A DNA stretch of 61,869 nucleotides from IMG/VR virus record IMGVR_UViG_3300042516_002585; one strand, given 5' to 3'. A program made the translations under genes and the position numbers. This stretch comes from an uncultured virus (IMG/VR IMGVR_UViG_3300042516_002585) (lineage: Duplodnaviria; Heunggongvirae; Uroviricota; Caudoviricetes). The notes under the pieces were generated by a model. The model was not told the DNA's origin, searched no databases, and saw only the letters and a list, made by a program, of their open reading frames with translations. Below are positions 21,176 to 31,346 of this stretch, piece by piece. Within the stretch, counting starts at the first letter, position 1, and every line of letters starts with the position of its first letter.

Positions 21176-22933
21176 ATGAGTTGGTCTAACGATTATAAAA
21201 AATCAATAGACTGTGGAAATCCAAAAGGATTTTCGCAAAAGGCACATTGTGCTGCTCGTAGGAAAAGAAAAAGAGGTGAAGAAACCAAGTCTAAATCACC
21301 ATTTAGCGAACAAAAAGAAATGAGCGAAACCCGTTACTGTAAGTTGTGTAGGAAAATAGAGCAAAGGGATGGATGCTCCTATGGACCTTTAATGTGGGAT
21401 AGATATTCTACGCCGATTCTTACCATGAATCAGATTAAATATGATCGAAACCGACCTCATCCTGCCAATGAGTCAAAAGATCATGAATATTCAATGGCTC
21501 GCTCAGAGTTATCAACCATTGCGAAGGCGACTAAAAAACTTCAGAAAAAAATGAAGAAAGGTGAGGGTGAGATTGAAGCATGGGTTCAATCAAAGATTAC
21601 AAAAGCAGCAGACTATATTGATACGGCAGCAGATTATGTAGATAGTGGTGAAATGAATAAAGAAGAAGTTGAAATATTAGAAGGTAAGAGAGACGGGAAA
21701 TCAGCAAAAGATAAAGATTATTCTCTTCGTGATTGGTTTAAAGGTGGTGGATGGGTTCAAGCAGGTGGTAAGTATGATGGAAAACCTTGTGCTAAACAAC
21801 CTGGACAAAAAACAAAACCATTCTGCCGCGATGCTGACGATAGAGCATCAATGAGTAAGGAAGAAAGAAATAAAAGAGCAGCAAAAAAACGTAAAGAAGA
21901 CCCAAATCCAAATAGAAAAGGAAAGGCAAAGTTTGTAACTGTTGAACAAGTTGATGCCAGTAAGTATGGAAAAACCCCAGATCAGATCTTACAGGATATT
22001 ATAGATAAAGATAAAAAAGGACCAAACAAATACGGTGGTGGACAAGTAATTAAAACTGGTTTACAAAAAGCACATTTTGAACCAGAAGGTGAACAACTAG
22101 ATGAACTGTGGGGTAAAGTTGCTATCGGTGCAGGTGCTGCCTTTATTCCATATCTTTTAAAAAAGTTCGCAAAACCAGCAGTTGATAAAGCAATTGATTC
22201 TCCTGCAACTGGTTCTGATGATTTGATTGATAAAATGAAGCAAAAAAGAGATGCTATTAATAAAGCAACTCAAAAAAATTCTTATGAACCAGAAGGTGAT
22301 ATGGTAGAAGAAAAAGACGCTTGTTATAAGAAGGTAAAGGCAAGGTATGATGTTTGGCCAAGTGCATATGCTTCTGGCGCACTAGTCAAGTGCCGCAAAG
22401 TTGGTGCAAAAAATTGGGGAAATAAAACTAAAAAAGAAGGATATGAATTTTCTAATTGGAGAGATGAATTCTTCCCAACAGAAGTTGAATCTGTAAATAT
22501 TATTGAACCACAACCATTACAACCATCAAAGGGTATTGGAAGTGAAATTTTAGATGAGGCAGGTAAAAAGTGCTGGAAAGGTTACAAAAAATCAGGAACA
22601 CAAGAACTGTTTGGTAAAACTTACAACCGTTGTGTAAAGGAAGGATATTCTGATTGGAGAACAGAGATTTCCGAAGATTGGCAATCAGTAAATCGTAAAG
22701 ATAAAACTGATGGTCTAAGTCAAGCAGCAGTTGATGCTTATCGTCGTGAGAATCCAGGTTCAAAACTTCAAACTGCGGTAACTGAAAAGAAACCAAAAGG
22801 AAAGAGAGCAAAGCGTCGTGCTAATTTCTGCCGACGTATGAAAGGGATGAAATCAAAACTCACATCATCAAAAACAGCAAGAGATCCAGATTCAAGAATT
22901 AACAAAGCATTACGCCGTTGGAGGTGCAGATAA
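21176..22933 (+). CDS. Basic, Cys-containing multi-module protein (putative internal head polyprotein)
   Basis: 585 aa; short K/R/C-rich modules separated by acidic linkers, including two (H/S)(F/Y)EPEG..(L/V)xE repeats. Confidence 0.7.
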   Translation: MSWSNDYKKSIDCGNPKGFSQKAHCAARRKRKRGEETKSKSPFSEQKEMSETRYCKLCRKIEQRDGCSYGPLMWDRYSTPILTMNQIKYDRNRPHPANESKDHEYSMARSELSTIAKATKKLQKKMKKGEGEIEAWVQSKITKAADYIDTAADYVDSGEMNKEEVEILEGKRDGKSAKDKDYSLRDWFKGGGWVQAGGKYDGKPCAKQPGQKTKPFCRDADDRASMSKEERNKRAAKKRKEDPNPNRKGKAKFVTVEQVDASKYGKTPDQILQDIIDKDKKGPNKYGGGQVIKTGLQKAHFEPEGEQLDELWGKVAIGAGAAFIPYLLKKFAKPAVDKAIDSPATGSDDLIDKMKQKRDAINKATQKNSYEPEGDMVEEKDACYKKVKARYDVWPSAYASGALVKCRKVGAKNWGNKTKKEGYEFSNWRDEFFPTEVESVNIIEPQPLQPSKGIGSEILDEAGKKCWKGYKKSGTQELFGKTYNRCVKEGYSDWRTEISEDWQSVNRKDKTDGLSQAAVDAYRRENPGSKLQTAVTEKKPKGKRAKRRANFCRRMKGMKSKLTSSKTARDPDSRINKALRRWRCR

Positions 22934-23241
22934 TGAAAAGTTTTCAGCAGTTTATTTCAGAAAGTATCACCATCAATGGTGATTTTAATGGAACTCTCAA
23001 TGTAGGTTCCCCTCAACCCGAACAAGCAAGCGAGTCTTTCTTTGCTGATGTAGTTTGGGAAGGAAAGATGTATCGTTTAGAAGTAGAAGGCAAAATTCTT
23101 TCTAAGAATGAACTAGCAGAGCAAATTCAAGGAGAATATCCTGGTGCAATTGTTCATAACGTTTATCCAAGTCAGGTAAATACTTCAAGAATTAAAAACG
23201 CACAAAGGTATCAACCAGAAAGATTGTCTTGGAGTGAGTGA
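22933..23241 (+). CDS. Hypothetical protein with CTS-like N-terminus (MKSFQQFISES)
   Basis: ATG at 22933 coupled to the previous stop (TAATG). Confidence 0.7.
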   Translation: MKSFQQFISESITINGDFNGTLNVGSPQPEQASESFFADVVWEGKMYRLEVEGKILSKNELAEQIQGEYPGAIVHNVYPSQVNTSRIKNAQRYQPERLSWSE

Positions 23242-23244
23242 TTA

Positions 23245-24621
23245 ATGGCACAATTTAATAAAAATACTCAAGATTTTTTAAATCAAGAGAGAACTCTTTT
23301 TGAAGTGAATATGATCGCTAATAAAAATGGCGAGGTAGTTACACTTGACAACCCATTTCCAGTTACTGGGACAATGGGAATTTCTACATCATCAACAGTA
23401 TCAGTTACTCTACCTTCAACATCAACTGATGCATTTGGTAGACAAAGAATGTCTACCCCACTCACACTTTTTGATAGTTCCCACAGATACAGGGACAATA
23501 ATCTTTGGAGTAGTTTAGTTGTTGGTACTGGTTCCACAGTTGGATTTGTAACGGCACAAGGTCTGATCAATATTACTGTTGGTGTTGGAAGCACTGCATC
23601 AGTCATCAGAGAAACGACAAAAGTATTTTCATATCAACCAGGAAAATCATTACAAATATTAAATACATTTGTATTCAACCCATCAAAAACAAATCTTCGC
23701 CAAAGAGTAGGATACTTTGGTGCAGATAATGGGATGTATTTGGAACTTGATGGAAGTAATTTATATTTTGTAGAAAGAACATATGTTCCAGGAATTACAA
23801 CAGAAACAAGAGTAGCACAAGCAAACTGGAACATTGATACAATGCTTGGTGCTGGACATTTAAATCCATCTGGTGTCACATTAGATATTAGCAAAGCACA
23901 GATTATGTGGATGGATATTGAATGGTTAGGACTTGGAACTGTAAGACTAGGATTTGTAGTTAATGGGCAGTTTATTCATTGCCATTCATTCCATCACGCA
24001 AATATTATCAATACAACTTATATTACAACAGCATCATTACCTTTGAGATATGAGATTGCAAATACCGGAATTACAACTAGTGCTAGCACACTCAAACAAG
24101 TTTGTTCTACTGTAATTTCAGAAGGTGGTTATGAACTTCGTGGATTGCAACAAGCAGTAGGAACACCAGTTCAAACACCAGTCGATTTAACAACAGCAGG
24201 AACTTATTATACAGTTATATCAATTCGCCTCAAAGCAACACCAAATAGATTAGATGCAATTGTAATTCTAACTGCACTTTCAATTCTTGGTATTACAAAT
24301 AATGCAACTTATAACTGGCAAGTAAGAGCAACTGGAATATCTAATGGTGGAACTTGGACTGATACTGGTCTCGATAGTGCTGTTGAATATAAGATTGATG
24401 GAGGAACTTATAGTGGTGGAAGAATATTAGCATCTGGATATCTGTACGGTTCCAATCAAGGTTCAACGCCAGTAGATATTCTTAAAGAAGCATTATTTAA
24501 GTTCCAGTTAGAAAGGGATGCGTTAAGTGGAACACCATATGAACTTTCTATTGTATGTGCCTCTGATGCTAATGGTGCAGATATTCACGCATCAATGGAC
24601 TGGGAAGAAATTAGTAGGTAA
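23245..24621 (+). CDS. Putative virion structural protein
   Basis: 458 aa, beta-rich; DAFGRQR.STP.TLFDS and YQPGKS motifs; late-gene cluster. Confidence 0.65.
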   Translation: MAQFNKNTQDFLNQERTLFEVNMIANKNGEVVTLDNPFPVTGTMGISTSSTVSVTLPSTSTDAFGRQRMSTPLTLFDSSHRYRDNNLWSSLVVGTGSTVGFVTAQGLINITVGVGSTASVIRETTKVFSYQPGKSLQILNTFVFNPSKTNLRQRVGYFGADNGMYLELDGSNLYFVERTYVPGITTETRVAQANWNIDTMLGAGHLNPSGVTLDISKAQIMWMDIEWLGLGTVRLGFVVNGQFIHCHSFHHANIINTTYITTASLPLRYEIANTGITTSASTLKQVCSTVISEGGYELRGLQQAVGTPVQTPVDLTTAGTYYTVISIRLKATPNRLDAIVILTALSILGITNNATYNWQVRATGISNGGTWTDTGLDSAVEYKIDGGTYSGGRILASGYLYGSNQGSTPVDILKEALFKFQLERDALSGTPYELSIVCASDANGADIHASMDWEEISR

Positions 24622-24626
24622 TTATT

Positions 24627-26303
24627 ATGAGTGAAGTTTATCTTGGTAATCCCAATCTAAAAAAAGCAAATACTCAAATTGAATTTACAGAAGAACAAAT
24701 TATTGAGTTCCTCAAATGTAAAGAAGATCCTGTTTATTTTGCAAGGAATTATATTAAGATTGTGTCTCTTGATCACGGTCTAGTTCCTTTTGAGATGTAT
24801 CCTTTTCAGGAAAGATTGATTGAAAACTTTCATAAGAATAGATTTAACATCTGTAAGATGCCCCGACAGACGGGTAAGTCTACTACTTGTGTATCATATC
24901 TTTTACATTATGCAGTTTTTAACGATAATGTTAATATTGCAATTCTAGCAAACAAAGCATCAACTGCTAGGGATCTTCTTGGAAGATTACAACTTGCTTA
25001 CGAAAACTTGCCTAAATGGATGCAACAAGGTATTATATCTTGGAATAAGGGTAGTTTAGAATTAGAAAATGGCTCCAAGATTTCATCTAACTCTACTTCT
25101 TCATCTGCTGTCCGAGGCGGATCCTATAATGTCATCTTTCTTGACGAGTTCGCTTTCATCCCGAATCACATTGCTGATGACTTCTTTGCCTCTGTTTATC
25201 CTACTATTTCTTCTGGACAGAGCACGAAAGTAATTATCGTATCTACTCCACGCGGTATGAATCACTTCTACCGAATGTGGCATGATGCTGAAAGATCAAA
25301 AAATGAATACGTGCCAACTGATGTTCATTGGTCAGAAGTTCCTGGTAGGGATGAGTTATGGAAACAGCAAACTATTGCCAACACTTCTGAGCAGCAGTTT
25401 AAGGTTGAGTTTGAGTGTGAATTCTTAGGATCTGTCAATACTCTCATTAATCCATCCAAACTAAGAAATTTAGTTTATGAGGATCCAATTAAAAGAAATG
25501 CTGGACTAGACATTTATCAAAATCCAATAGAAGAAAATAATTATCTGATAACTGTGGACGTTGCCAGAGGTCTAGGTAATGATTACTCTGCTTTTATTGT
25601 TTTTGATATTACACAGTTTCCATACAAAGTTGTAGCAAAGTATAGAAATAATGAAATTAAACCGATGTTATTTCCAAGTATTATTCACGAAGTAGCAAAG
25701 GCATATAATAATTCTTGGTTGTTAATTGAGGTTAATGATATTGGTGATCAGGTTGCTAATATTTTACATTTTGATTTAGAATATGATAACGTTCTTATGT
25801 GTGCAATGAGAGGACGTGCTGGGCAAATTGTTGGATCTGGATTTAGTGGAAAGAAATCTCAACTTGGGGTAAGAATGACTTCTGCCGTTAAGAAGTTGGG
25901 TTGCTCTAATTTAAAGACTTTGTTGGAAGATGATAAGTTACTGACTGTTGATTATGACATTATATCAGAACTTACAACATTTGCACAGAGGCACAATTCT
26001 TTTGAAGCGGAAGAGGGATGTAATGATGACCTTGCAATGTGTTTAGTTATTTTTTCTTGGTTAGTTGCTCAGGATTACTTCAAGGAAATGACGGACAATG
26101 ATGTTCGTAAGAGAATTTATGAGGAACAGAAAAATCAGATAGAACAGGATATGGCACCTTTTGGATTTATTCTAGATGGTTTGGATGATGATACATTTAT
26201 AGATGAGGTAACTGGTGATAGATGGATGCTTGCGAAAAAATCAGAAGATAATTGGAATTTGGATGAGTATGGTGATAGATCTTATATGTGGGAATATAGA
26301 TAA
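24627..26303 (+). CDS. gp17: Terminase large subunit gp17
   Basis: YLGNPNLKK, Walker A PRQTGKST, IFLDEFAF, VSTPRG, DDLAM; no intein. Confidence 0.97.
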   Translation: MSEVYLGNPNLKKANTQIEFTEEQIIEFLKCKEDPVYFARNYIKIVSLDHGLVPFEMYPFQERLIENFHKNRFNICKMPRQTGKSTTCVSYLLHYAVFNDNVNIAILANKASTARDLLGRLQLAYENLPKWMQQGIISWNKGSLELENGSKISSNSTSSSAVRGGSYNVIFLDEFAFIPNHIADDFFASVYPTISSGQSTKVIIVSTPRGMNHFYRMWHDAERSKNEYVPTDVHWSEVPGRDELWKQQTIANTSEQQFKVEFECEFLGSVNTLINPSKLRNLVYEDPIKRNAGLDIYQNPIEENNYLITVDVARGLGNDYSAFIVFDITQFPYKVVAKYRNNEIKPMLFPSIIHEVAKAYNNSWLLIEVNDIGDQVANILHFDLEYDNVLMCAMRGRAGQIVGSGFSGKKSQLGVRMTSAVKKLGCSNLKTLLEDDKLLTVDYDIISELTTFAQRHNSFEAEEGCNDDLAMCLVIFSWLVAQDYFKEMTDNDVRKRIYEEQKNQIEQDMAPFGFILDGLDDDTFIDEVTGDRWMLAKKSEDNWNLDEYGDRSYMWEYR

Positions 26304-26540
26304 ATGGATTTTGATATAGACGATCAAATTAATACACAACACTTATTATTTCTAGAAAGAACTTGTAGGATTTGTGGAGAAACAAAAAGTTTGATAGATG
26401 ACTTTTATCTCACTCGTAAAGGTAGGGGTGCATTTCCTTCGGCATATGCATATGAGTGCAAAGAGTGTACAAAGAAAAGAGTTATATCGAATAGAAAAGG
26501 TACTTTAAAAGTAGTTGAGTGGGAATATCCTGATTGGTAA
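26304..26540 (+). CDS. Small zinc-finger protein (CxxC...CxxC)
   Basis: RTCRICG...YECKEC. Confidence 0.7.
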   Translation: MDFDIDDQINTQHLLFLERTCRICGETKSLIDDFYLTRKGRGAFPSAYAYECKECTKKRVISNRKGTLKVVEWEYPDW

Positions 26541-26581
26541 TCGTGTTCATTGATTGTTTCCCCAATGAAAGTAGTCTTTTT

Positions 26582-26589
26582 CATAAATA
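26582..26589 (+). promoter_or_regulatory. Late promoter for g18
   Basis: CATAAATA about 35 nt upstream of g18; GGAG ribosome binding site follows. Confidence 0.6.
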
Positions 26590-26622
26590 TTTTCAGATTA
26601 ATTCTGGAAACGGAGAATAAAG

Positions 26623-28791
26623 ATGCCTCTAAATTTAGCATCTCCTGGAATTGTAGTAAGAGAGGTTGATTTAACTATTGGTAGGGTAGATCCAGTTTCT
26701 GGTTCTGTTGCGGCACTTGTTGCACCATTCGCAAAGGGACCTGTAGATCTTCCTCAATTAATAGAAAATGAGAATGATCTCTATCAGACTTTTGGTCAAC
26801 CATATTCTACGGATAAGCATTATGAGAACTGGATGGTAGCATCCTCATATCTTGCTTATGGCGGGGTAATGAGAATTAGCAGATCAGATGATACTCTTCT
26901 GAAAAATGCTTTTGTTGGTGCAGCTTCGAGTGTAAAAATTAAAAGTGGTGAGCATTATAATCAATTAGGATATGATGAAAATACTATCACTAATGTAACC
27001 TTTGCTGCAAAGAATCCTGGTACTTGGGCGAATGGAATTAAGGTTGCAATTATCGATGCGAAAGCAGACCAAATTTTAACAGGAGTTACAACAACTAATG
27101 TTCAAGTTGGTTATGGATTTACAGTTGCTATTCCATCTGGAACAATTTTACCAGGTGTTGGATCAACTTCTTTAATTGGTGGATATTTTAAAGGTGTTAT
27201 TACAGAAGTTGGAACTTCTCGAATTTCTACCAAACTTGTAAGTGTTGTCTCTGCTGCTGGTACAGAAACCGCAGTTGATTATCAGCAAAATGGCGTTTAT
27301 GCACTTCCAAACACTGGTACTGTTGCCATTCATACTAACGGGCAGTCATCAGCATTTGCATCAAGAGCATACACAGGAGAAGCAGATTGGTTTGAGCAGC
27401 AAAGCATTACTCTTAGTGTAGGAAGCATTGAGTGGGATACTATTTCAAATAGACCATCTACTTCTGCATATGTTTCCGGAAGAGGCGGTAGATTTGATGA
27501 AGTTCACGTTGTTGTAATTGATGATTTGGGAACTATTACAGGAAATGCTGGAAGTATTCTTGAGAAGCATCTAAACCTTTCTAAGGCAACTGATGCAGAA
27601 TATTCAGTAGGAAGTCCTTCTTATTGGAGAAAGTATCTTGAGACCAATTCGCAATATGTATTTGGTGGTTCTCAACCAGTTGGGGTTGTTACAACTGGAT
27701 TTAGTGGAAACGGTTCTGCACAATTTGAATTAAATACAGATACTGGTTGGGATCAAGATGCCGCTGGTGTAATCTTTGCAGGCACTGGATCAAATACTTA
27801 TACAATGGCAGGTGGTACAAATTATGGTGGAAAAACCGATCTAACAACATCAGGTGCTCTAAATTCTGGTTTAGACGATATTGTAAGTGGTTTAACTCTA
27901 TTTGAAAATACTGAGGAATATGAAGTAGACTTCATTTTGATGGGATCAGCAAACTATGAAAAAGAAGATGCTCAGGCACTTGCCAATAAGTGTATTGCTG
28001 TTGCAGAAGTTAGAAAAGATGCAGTCGCATTTATTTCACCTTATAGAAAAGCATTCCTGAATGATTCTTCTGTTGGAACTGTAACTGTTAATAGTGTAGA
28101 TACAATCACAGACAATATTATAAGTTTCTATTCGCCAGTAACATCATCAACTTATGGTGTATTTGATAGTGGTTATAAGTATATGTACGACCGCTTTAAT
28201 GATACTTTCCGTTATGTTCCATTGAATGGTGATATTGCTGGAACTTGTGCAAGAACTGATATTCAACAGTTCCCTTGGTTCTCACCAGCAGGAACTTCAA
28301 GAGGTGCAATTCTTAATGCAGTTAAACTCGCATATAATCCAGGTAAGAGTCAAAGAGATATTCTGTATTCAAACAGAATTAACCCAGTCATCTTTTCACC
28401 AGGTGCTGGAATTATCCTGTTCGGTGATAAAACTGGATTTGCTAAGTCATCTGCATTTGATAGAATTAATGTTCGTAGACTCTTTATTTACCTCGAAGAT
28501 GCTATTTCCGCTGCGGCGAAAGATTTCCTCTTTGAGTTCAATGATGAAATCACAAGAACAAGTTTTGTAAATATTGTTGAACCATTTCTCCGCGATGTTC
28601 AATCTAAGAGAGGTATTTTTGATTATGTTGTTATTTGTGATGAAACAAATAATACAGCAGCAGTTATTGATTCAAATGAATTTGTTGCTGACATTTATAT
28701 TAAACCAGCAAGATCGATTAATTATATCGGTCTAACCTTCATTGCCACCAGAACTGGTGTTGCTTTTGAAGAAGTAATCGGTTCAGTTTAA
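26623..28791 (+). CDS. gp18: Tail sheath protein gp18
   Basis: SPGIVVREVDLT, PWFSPAG..RG, FDRINVRRLF, IKPARSIN. Confidence 0.97.
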   Translation: MPLNLASPGIVVREVDLTIGRVDPVSGSVAALVAPFAKGPVDLPQLIENENDLYQTFGQPYSTDKHYENWMVASSYLAYGGVMRISRSDDTLLKNAFVGAASSVKIKSGEHYNQLGYDENTITNVTFAAKNPGTWANGIKVAIIDAKADQILTGVTTTNVQVGYGFTVAIPSGTILPGVGSTSLIGGYFKGVITEVGTSRISTKLVSVVSAAGTETAVDYQQNGVYALPNTGTVAIHTNGQSSAFASRAYTGEADWFEQQSITLSVGSIEWDTISNRPSTSAYVSGRGGRFDEVHVVVIDDLGTITGNAGSILEKHLNLSKATDAEYSVGSPSYWRKYLETNSQYVFGGSQPVGVVTTGFSGNGSAQFELNTDTGWDQDAAGVIFAGTGSNTYTMAGGTNYGGKTDLTTSGALNSGLDDIVSGLTLFENTEEYEVDFILMGSANYEKEDAQALANKCIAVAEVRKDAVAFISPYRKAFLNDSSVGTVTVNSVDTITDNIISFYSPVTSSTYGVFDSGYKYMYDRFNDTFRYVPLNGDIAGTCARTDIQQFPWFSPAGTSRGAILNAVKLAYNPGKSQRDILYSNRINPVIFSPGAGIILFGDKTGFAKSSAFDRINVRRLFIYLEDAISAAAKDFLFEFNDEITRTSFVNIVEPFLRDVQSKRGIFDYVVICDETNNTAAVIDSNEFVADIYIKPARSINYIGLTFIATRTGVAFEEVIGSV

Positions 28792-28811
28792 TTCACTAGA
28801 GGTTAAAAATC

Positions 28812-29402
28812 ATGCCAGCTAGAAACCAAATTAACCCACCCCCATTAAGAAAGATTACCGATTTCAAGAGTAAGTTAACTGGTGGTGGTGCTCGCCCTAA
28901 TCTCTTTGAGGTTGTTCTAACTTTTCCAGATGCTGCACAACCAAGTACCGATGTTCTTGATAAATCAAGATTCTTAGTAAAAGGTGCAAATCTACCAGCA
29001 TCCAACGTCGCTCAAATTGAAGTTCCTTTTAGAGGAAGAGTATTAAAAATTGCAGGAGACAGAACATTTGATTCTTGGACTGTTACCGTCATCAACGACA
29101 CTGACTTTGCGATTCGTTCTGCTTTTGAAAAGTGGATGAATGTTATTAACAGAGTGTCTGATAACACAGGTTTAACAAACCCAGCAGATTATCAAGCGGA
29201 TGCTTATGTTTATCAACTTGATCGTGATGGATCTGCTCTAAGATCCTATCGTTTCTATGATGTGTTTCCAACTCAGGTTGCTCCTATTGAACTTACATAT
29301 GATGGTCAAGGAATTGAAGAGTTCACCGTAGAACTTCAAGTTCAATGGTGGGAAGCAATTAAAGGAACTGGCACAAATGCTGGTGGTGAAGACATCAACT
29401 AA
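28812..29402 (+). CDS. gp19: Tail tube protein gp19
   Basis: GGARPNLFEV, VPFRGRVLKIAGDRTF..WTVTVIND. Confidence 0.96.
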   Translation: MPARNQINPPPLRKITDFKSKLTGGGARPNLFEVVLTFPDAAQPSTDVLDKSRFLVKGANLPASNVAQIEVPFRGRVLKIAGDRTFDSWTVTVINDTDFAIRSAFEKWMNVINRVSDNTGLTNPADYQADAYVYQLDRDGSALRSYRFYDVFPTQVAPIELTYDGQGIEEFTVELQVQWWEAIKGTGTNAGGEDIN

Positions 29403-29434
29403 ATAATAGAATAACAGGCAAAAAAGATTATACT

Positions 29435-31138
29435 ATGGCAAAACTTTTTGGTTTTTCTATTGATGATAATAAAAATAAATCTCCTTCAATAATATCGCCC
29501 GTTCCTCAAACCAATGAGGACGGGTTTGATAATTATATTGCTAGTGGTTTTTATGGACAGTATGTTGATATTGAAGGAGTTTATCGAACTGAACATGATT
29601 TAATTAAAAGATACAGAGAAATGGCACTTCACCCAGAGTGTGATGGTGCTATTGAAGATGTTGTCAATGAAGCACTTGTCAGCGATCTTTACGATTCTCC
29701 AGTTGAAATTGAACTTTCTAATTTGAATGTAAGTGAATCGTTAAAGAAAAAAATAAGAGAGGAATTTAAGTATCTAAAAGAAATCATGGACTTTGATAGA
29801 AAGTGCCATGAAATTTTTAGAAACTGGTATATTGATGGTAGAATTTATTATTTAAAGGTCATCGATCTCAAAAATCCTCAGGCAGGGATTCAGGATTTGA
29901 GATATATTGATCCTATGAAGATGAGATATATTCGTCAAGAAAAGAAGAATAAAGATCCATATGCAAGAGTAAATGTAAAAAATACTGAAAATTCTTTGCC
30001 ACAGAATATAGAGTTTGAAGAATATTTTCTCTATACTCCGACTCCAAATTATCCAACAGGAATGGTTTCTGGTGCTGGTTCTGGTAAAGCAGTAAAAATT
30101 GCAAAGGATTCCATTGTCTATTGCACTTCTGGTCTTGTAGATAGAAATAAAAATACCGTACTTTCATATCTACATAAAGCAATTAAAGCACTTAATCAAC
30201 TTCGTATGATTGAGGACTCTCTTGTAATCTATAGATTATCGAGAGCACCTGAGCGTAGAATTTTTTATATTGATGTTGGTAACCTTCCAAAGGTAAAAGC
30301 AGAGCAATACCTTAAAGAAGTAATGAATCGCTATCGCAATAAACTAGTTTATGATGCAGGAACTGGTGAAGTTCGTGATGATCGTAAATTTATGTCTATG
30401 ATGGAGGATTTTTGGCTTCCTCGTCGTGAAGGAGGTAGAGGAACTGAAATTACTACTCTTCCTGGCGGTCAAAATCTTGGAGAACTTGCAGACATTGAGT
30501 ATTTCCAGAAAAAACTGTATAGAGCACTTGGAGTTCCAGAGTCAAGAATCGCCGGAAGTGGAGATGGATTTAATCTTGGCAGATCTTCTGAAATTTTAAG
30601 AGATGAACTTAAATTTGCTAAGTTTGTCGGTCGTTTGAGAAAAAGATTTGCTCAAATGTTTAATGACATGTTGAGAACGCAATTGATTCTCAAAAACATT
30701 GTTTCTCCCGATGATTGGGAAATGATGGCAGATCATATTCAATATGATTTCTTGTATGATAACCAGTTTGCTGAACTTAAAGAGGCAGAACTTCTTAATG
30801 GTCGTTTAGGAACACTAGCAACCATTGAACCTTATATTGGAAAATATTTCTCAACAGAATATGTAAGAAAGAAAATTCTTCGTCAAACTGATTCTGAAAT
30901 TATTGAAATTGATGAGCAAATTGAAGATGAAATTCAAAAGGGTATTATTCCAGATCCCTCTCAAATAGATCCAATTACCGGAGCACCACTACCACAACCA
31001 GGAGAAGGTAATGGTATGGCGGGAATGGGTCAAGATGCAATGGGAATGGGAGAAGTTCCATCTGAACCAAACCTAGATGCACAAGCGTCAGTAACAGATG
31101 CTCAGATGCAAAAAGATGCCAAAAAGGCTGAGATATAA
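29435..31138 (+). CDS. gp20: Portal protein gp20
   Basis: SYLHKAIKALNQLRMIEDSLVIYRLSRAPERRIFYIDVGNLP; EDFWLPRREGGRGTEITTLPGGQNLG. Confidence 0.98.
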   Translation: MAKLFGFSIDDNKNKSPSIISPVPQTNEDGFDNYIASGFYGQYVDIEGVYRTEHDLIKRYREMALHPECDGAIEDVVNEALVSDLYDSPVEIELSNLNVSESLKKKIREEFKYLKEIMDFDRKCHEIFRNWYIDGRIYYLKVIDLKNPQAGIQDLRYIDPMKMRYIRQEKKNKDPYARVNVKNTENSLPQNIEFEEYFLYTPTPNYPTGMVSGAGSGKAVKIAKDSIVYCTSGLVDRNKNTVLSYLHKAIKALNQLRMIEDSLVIYRLSRAPERRIFYIDVGNLPKVKAEQYLKEVMNRYRNKLVYDAGTGEVRDDRKFMSMMEDFWLPRREGGRGTEITTLPGGQNLGELADIEYFQKKLYRALGVPESRIAGSGDGFNLGRSSEILRDELKFAKFVGRLRKRFAQMFNDMLRTQLILKNIVSPDDWEMMADHIQYDFLYDNQFAELKEAELLNGRLGTLATIEPYIGKYFSTEYVRKKILRQTDSEIIEIDEQIEDEIQKGIIPDPSQIDPITGAPLPQPGEGNGMAGMGQDAMGMGEVPSEPNLDAQASVTDAQMQKDAKKAEI

Positions 31139-31141
31139 ATA
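31134..31141 (+). promoter_or_regulatory. T4-type late promoter
   Basis: TATAAATA overlapping the g20 stop. Confidence 0.7.
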
Positions 31142-31166
31142 AAGAATAGGAATATATTTTAATTTT

Positions 31167-31346
31167 ATGGAAGACCTTATCGATTTGATTGCGACAGATG
31201 CTGCTGCATCCGATATTCGTGACAAAATTCACGATGTTCTTTATTCAAAAGCAGCAGAAAGAATTGAACTTGCAAAACCAATCGTTGCCTCATCAATGTT
31301 TGGTGAAAGTGAGTATGAAGATGCACAAACTCAGGAAGAGGAATAA
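31167..31346 (+). CDS. Small acidic prohead core protein (gp67-like position); not in ORF track
   Basis: 59 aa MEDLIDLIATDAAASDIRDKIHDVLYSKAAERIE...QEEE; follows a late promoter and is TAATG-coupled to the next gene. Confidence 0.75.
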   Translation: MEDLIDLIATDAAASDIRDKIHDVLYSKAAERIELAKPIVASSMFGESEYEDAQTQEEE

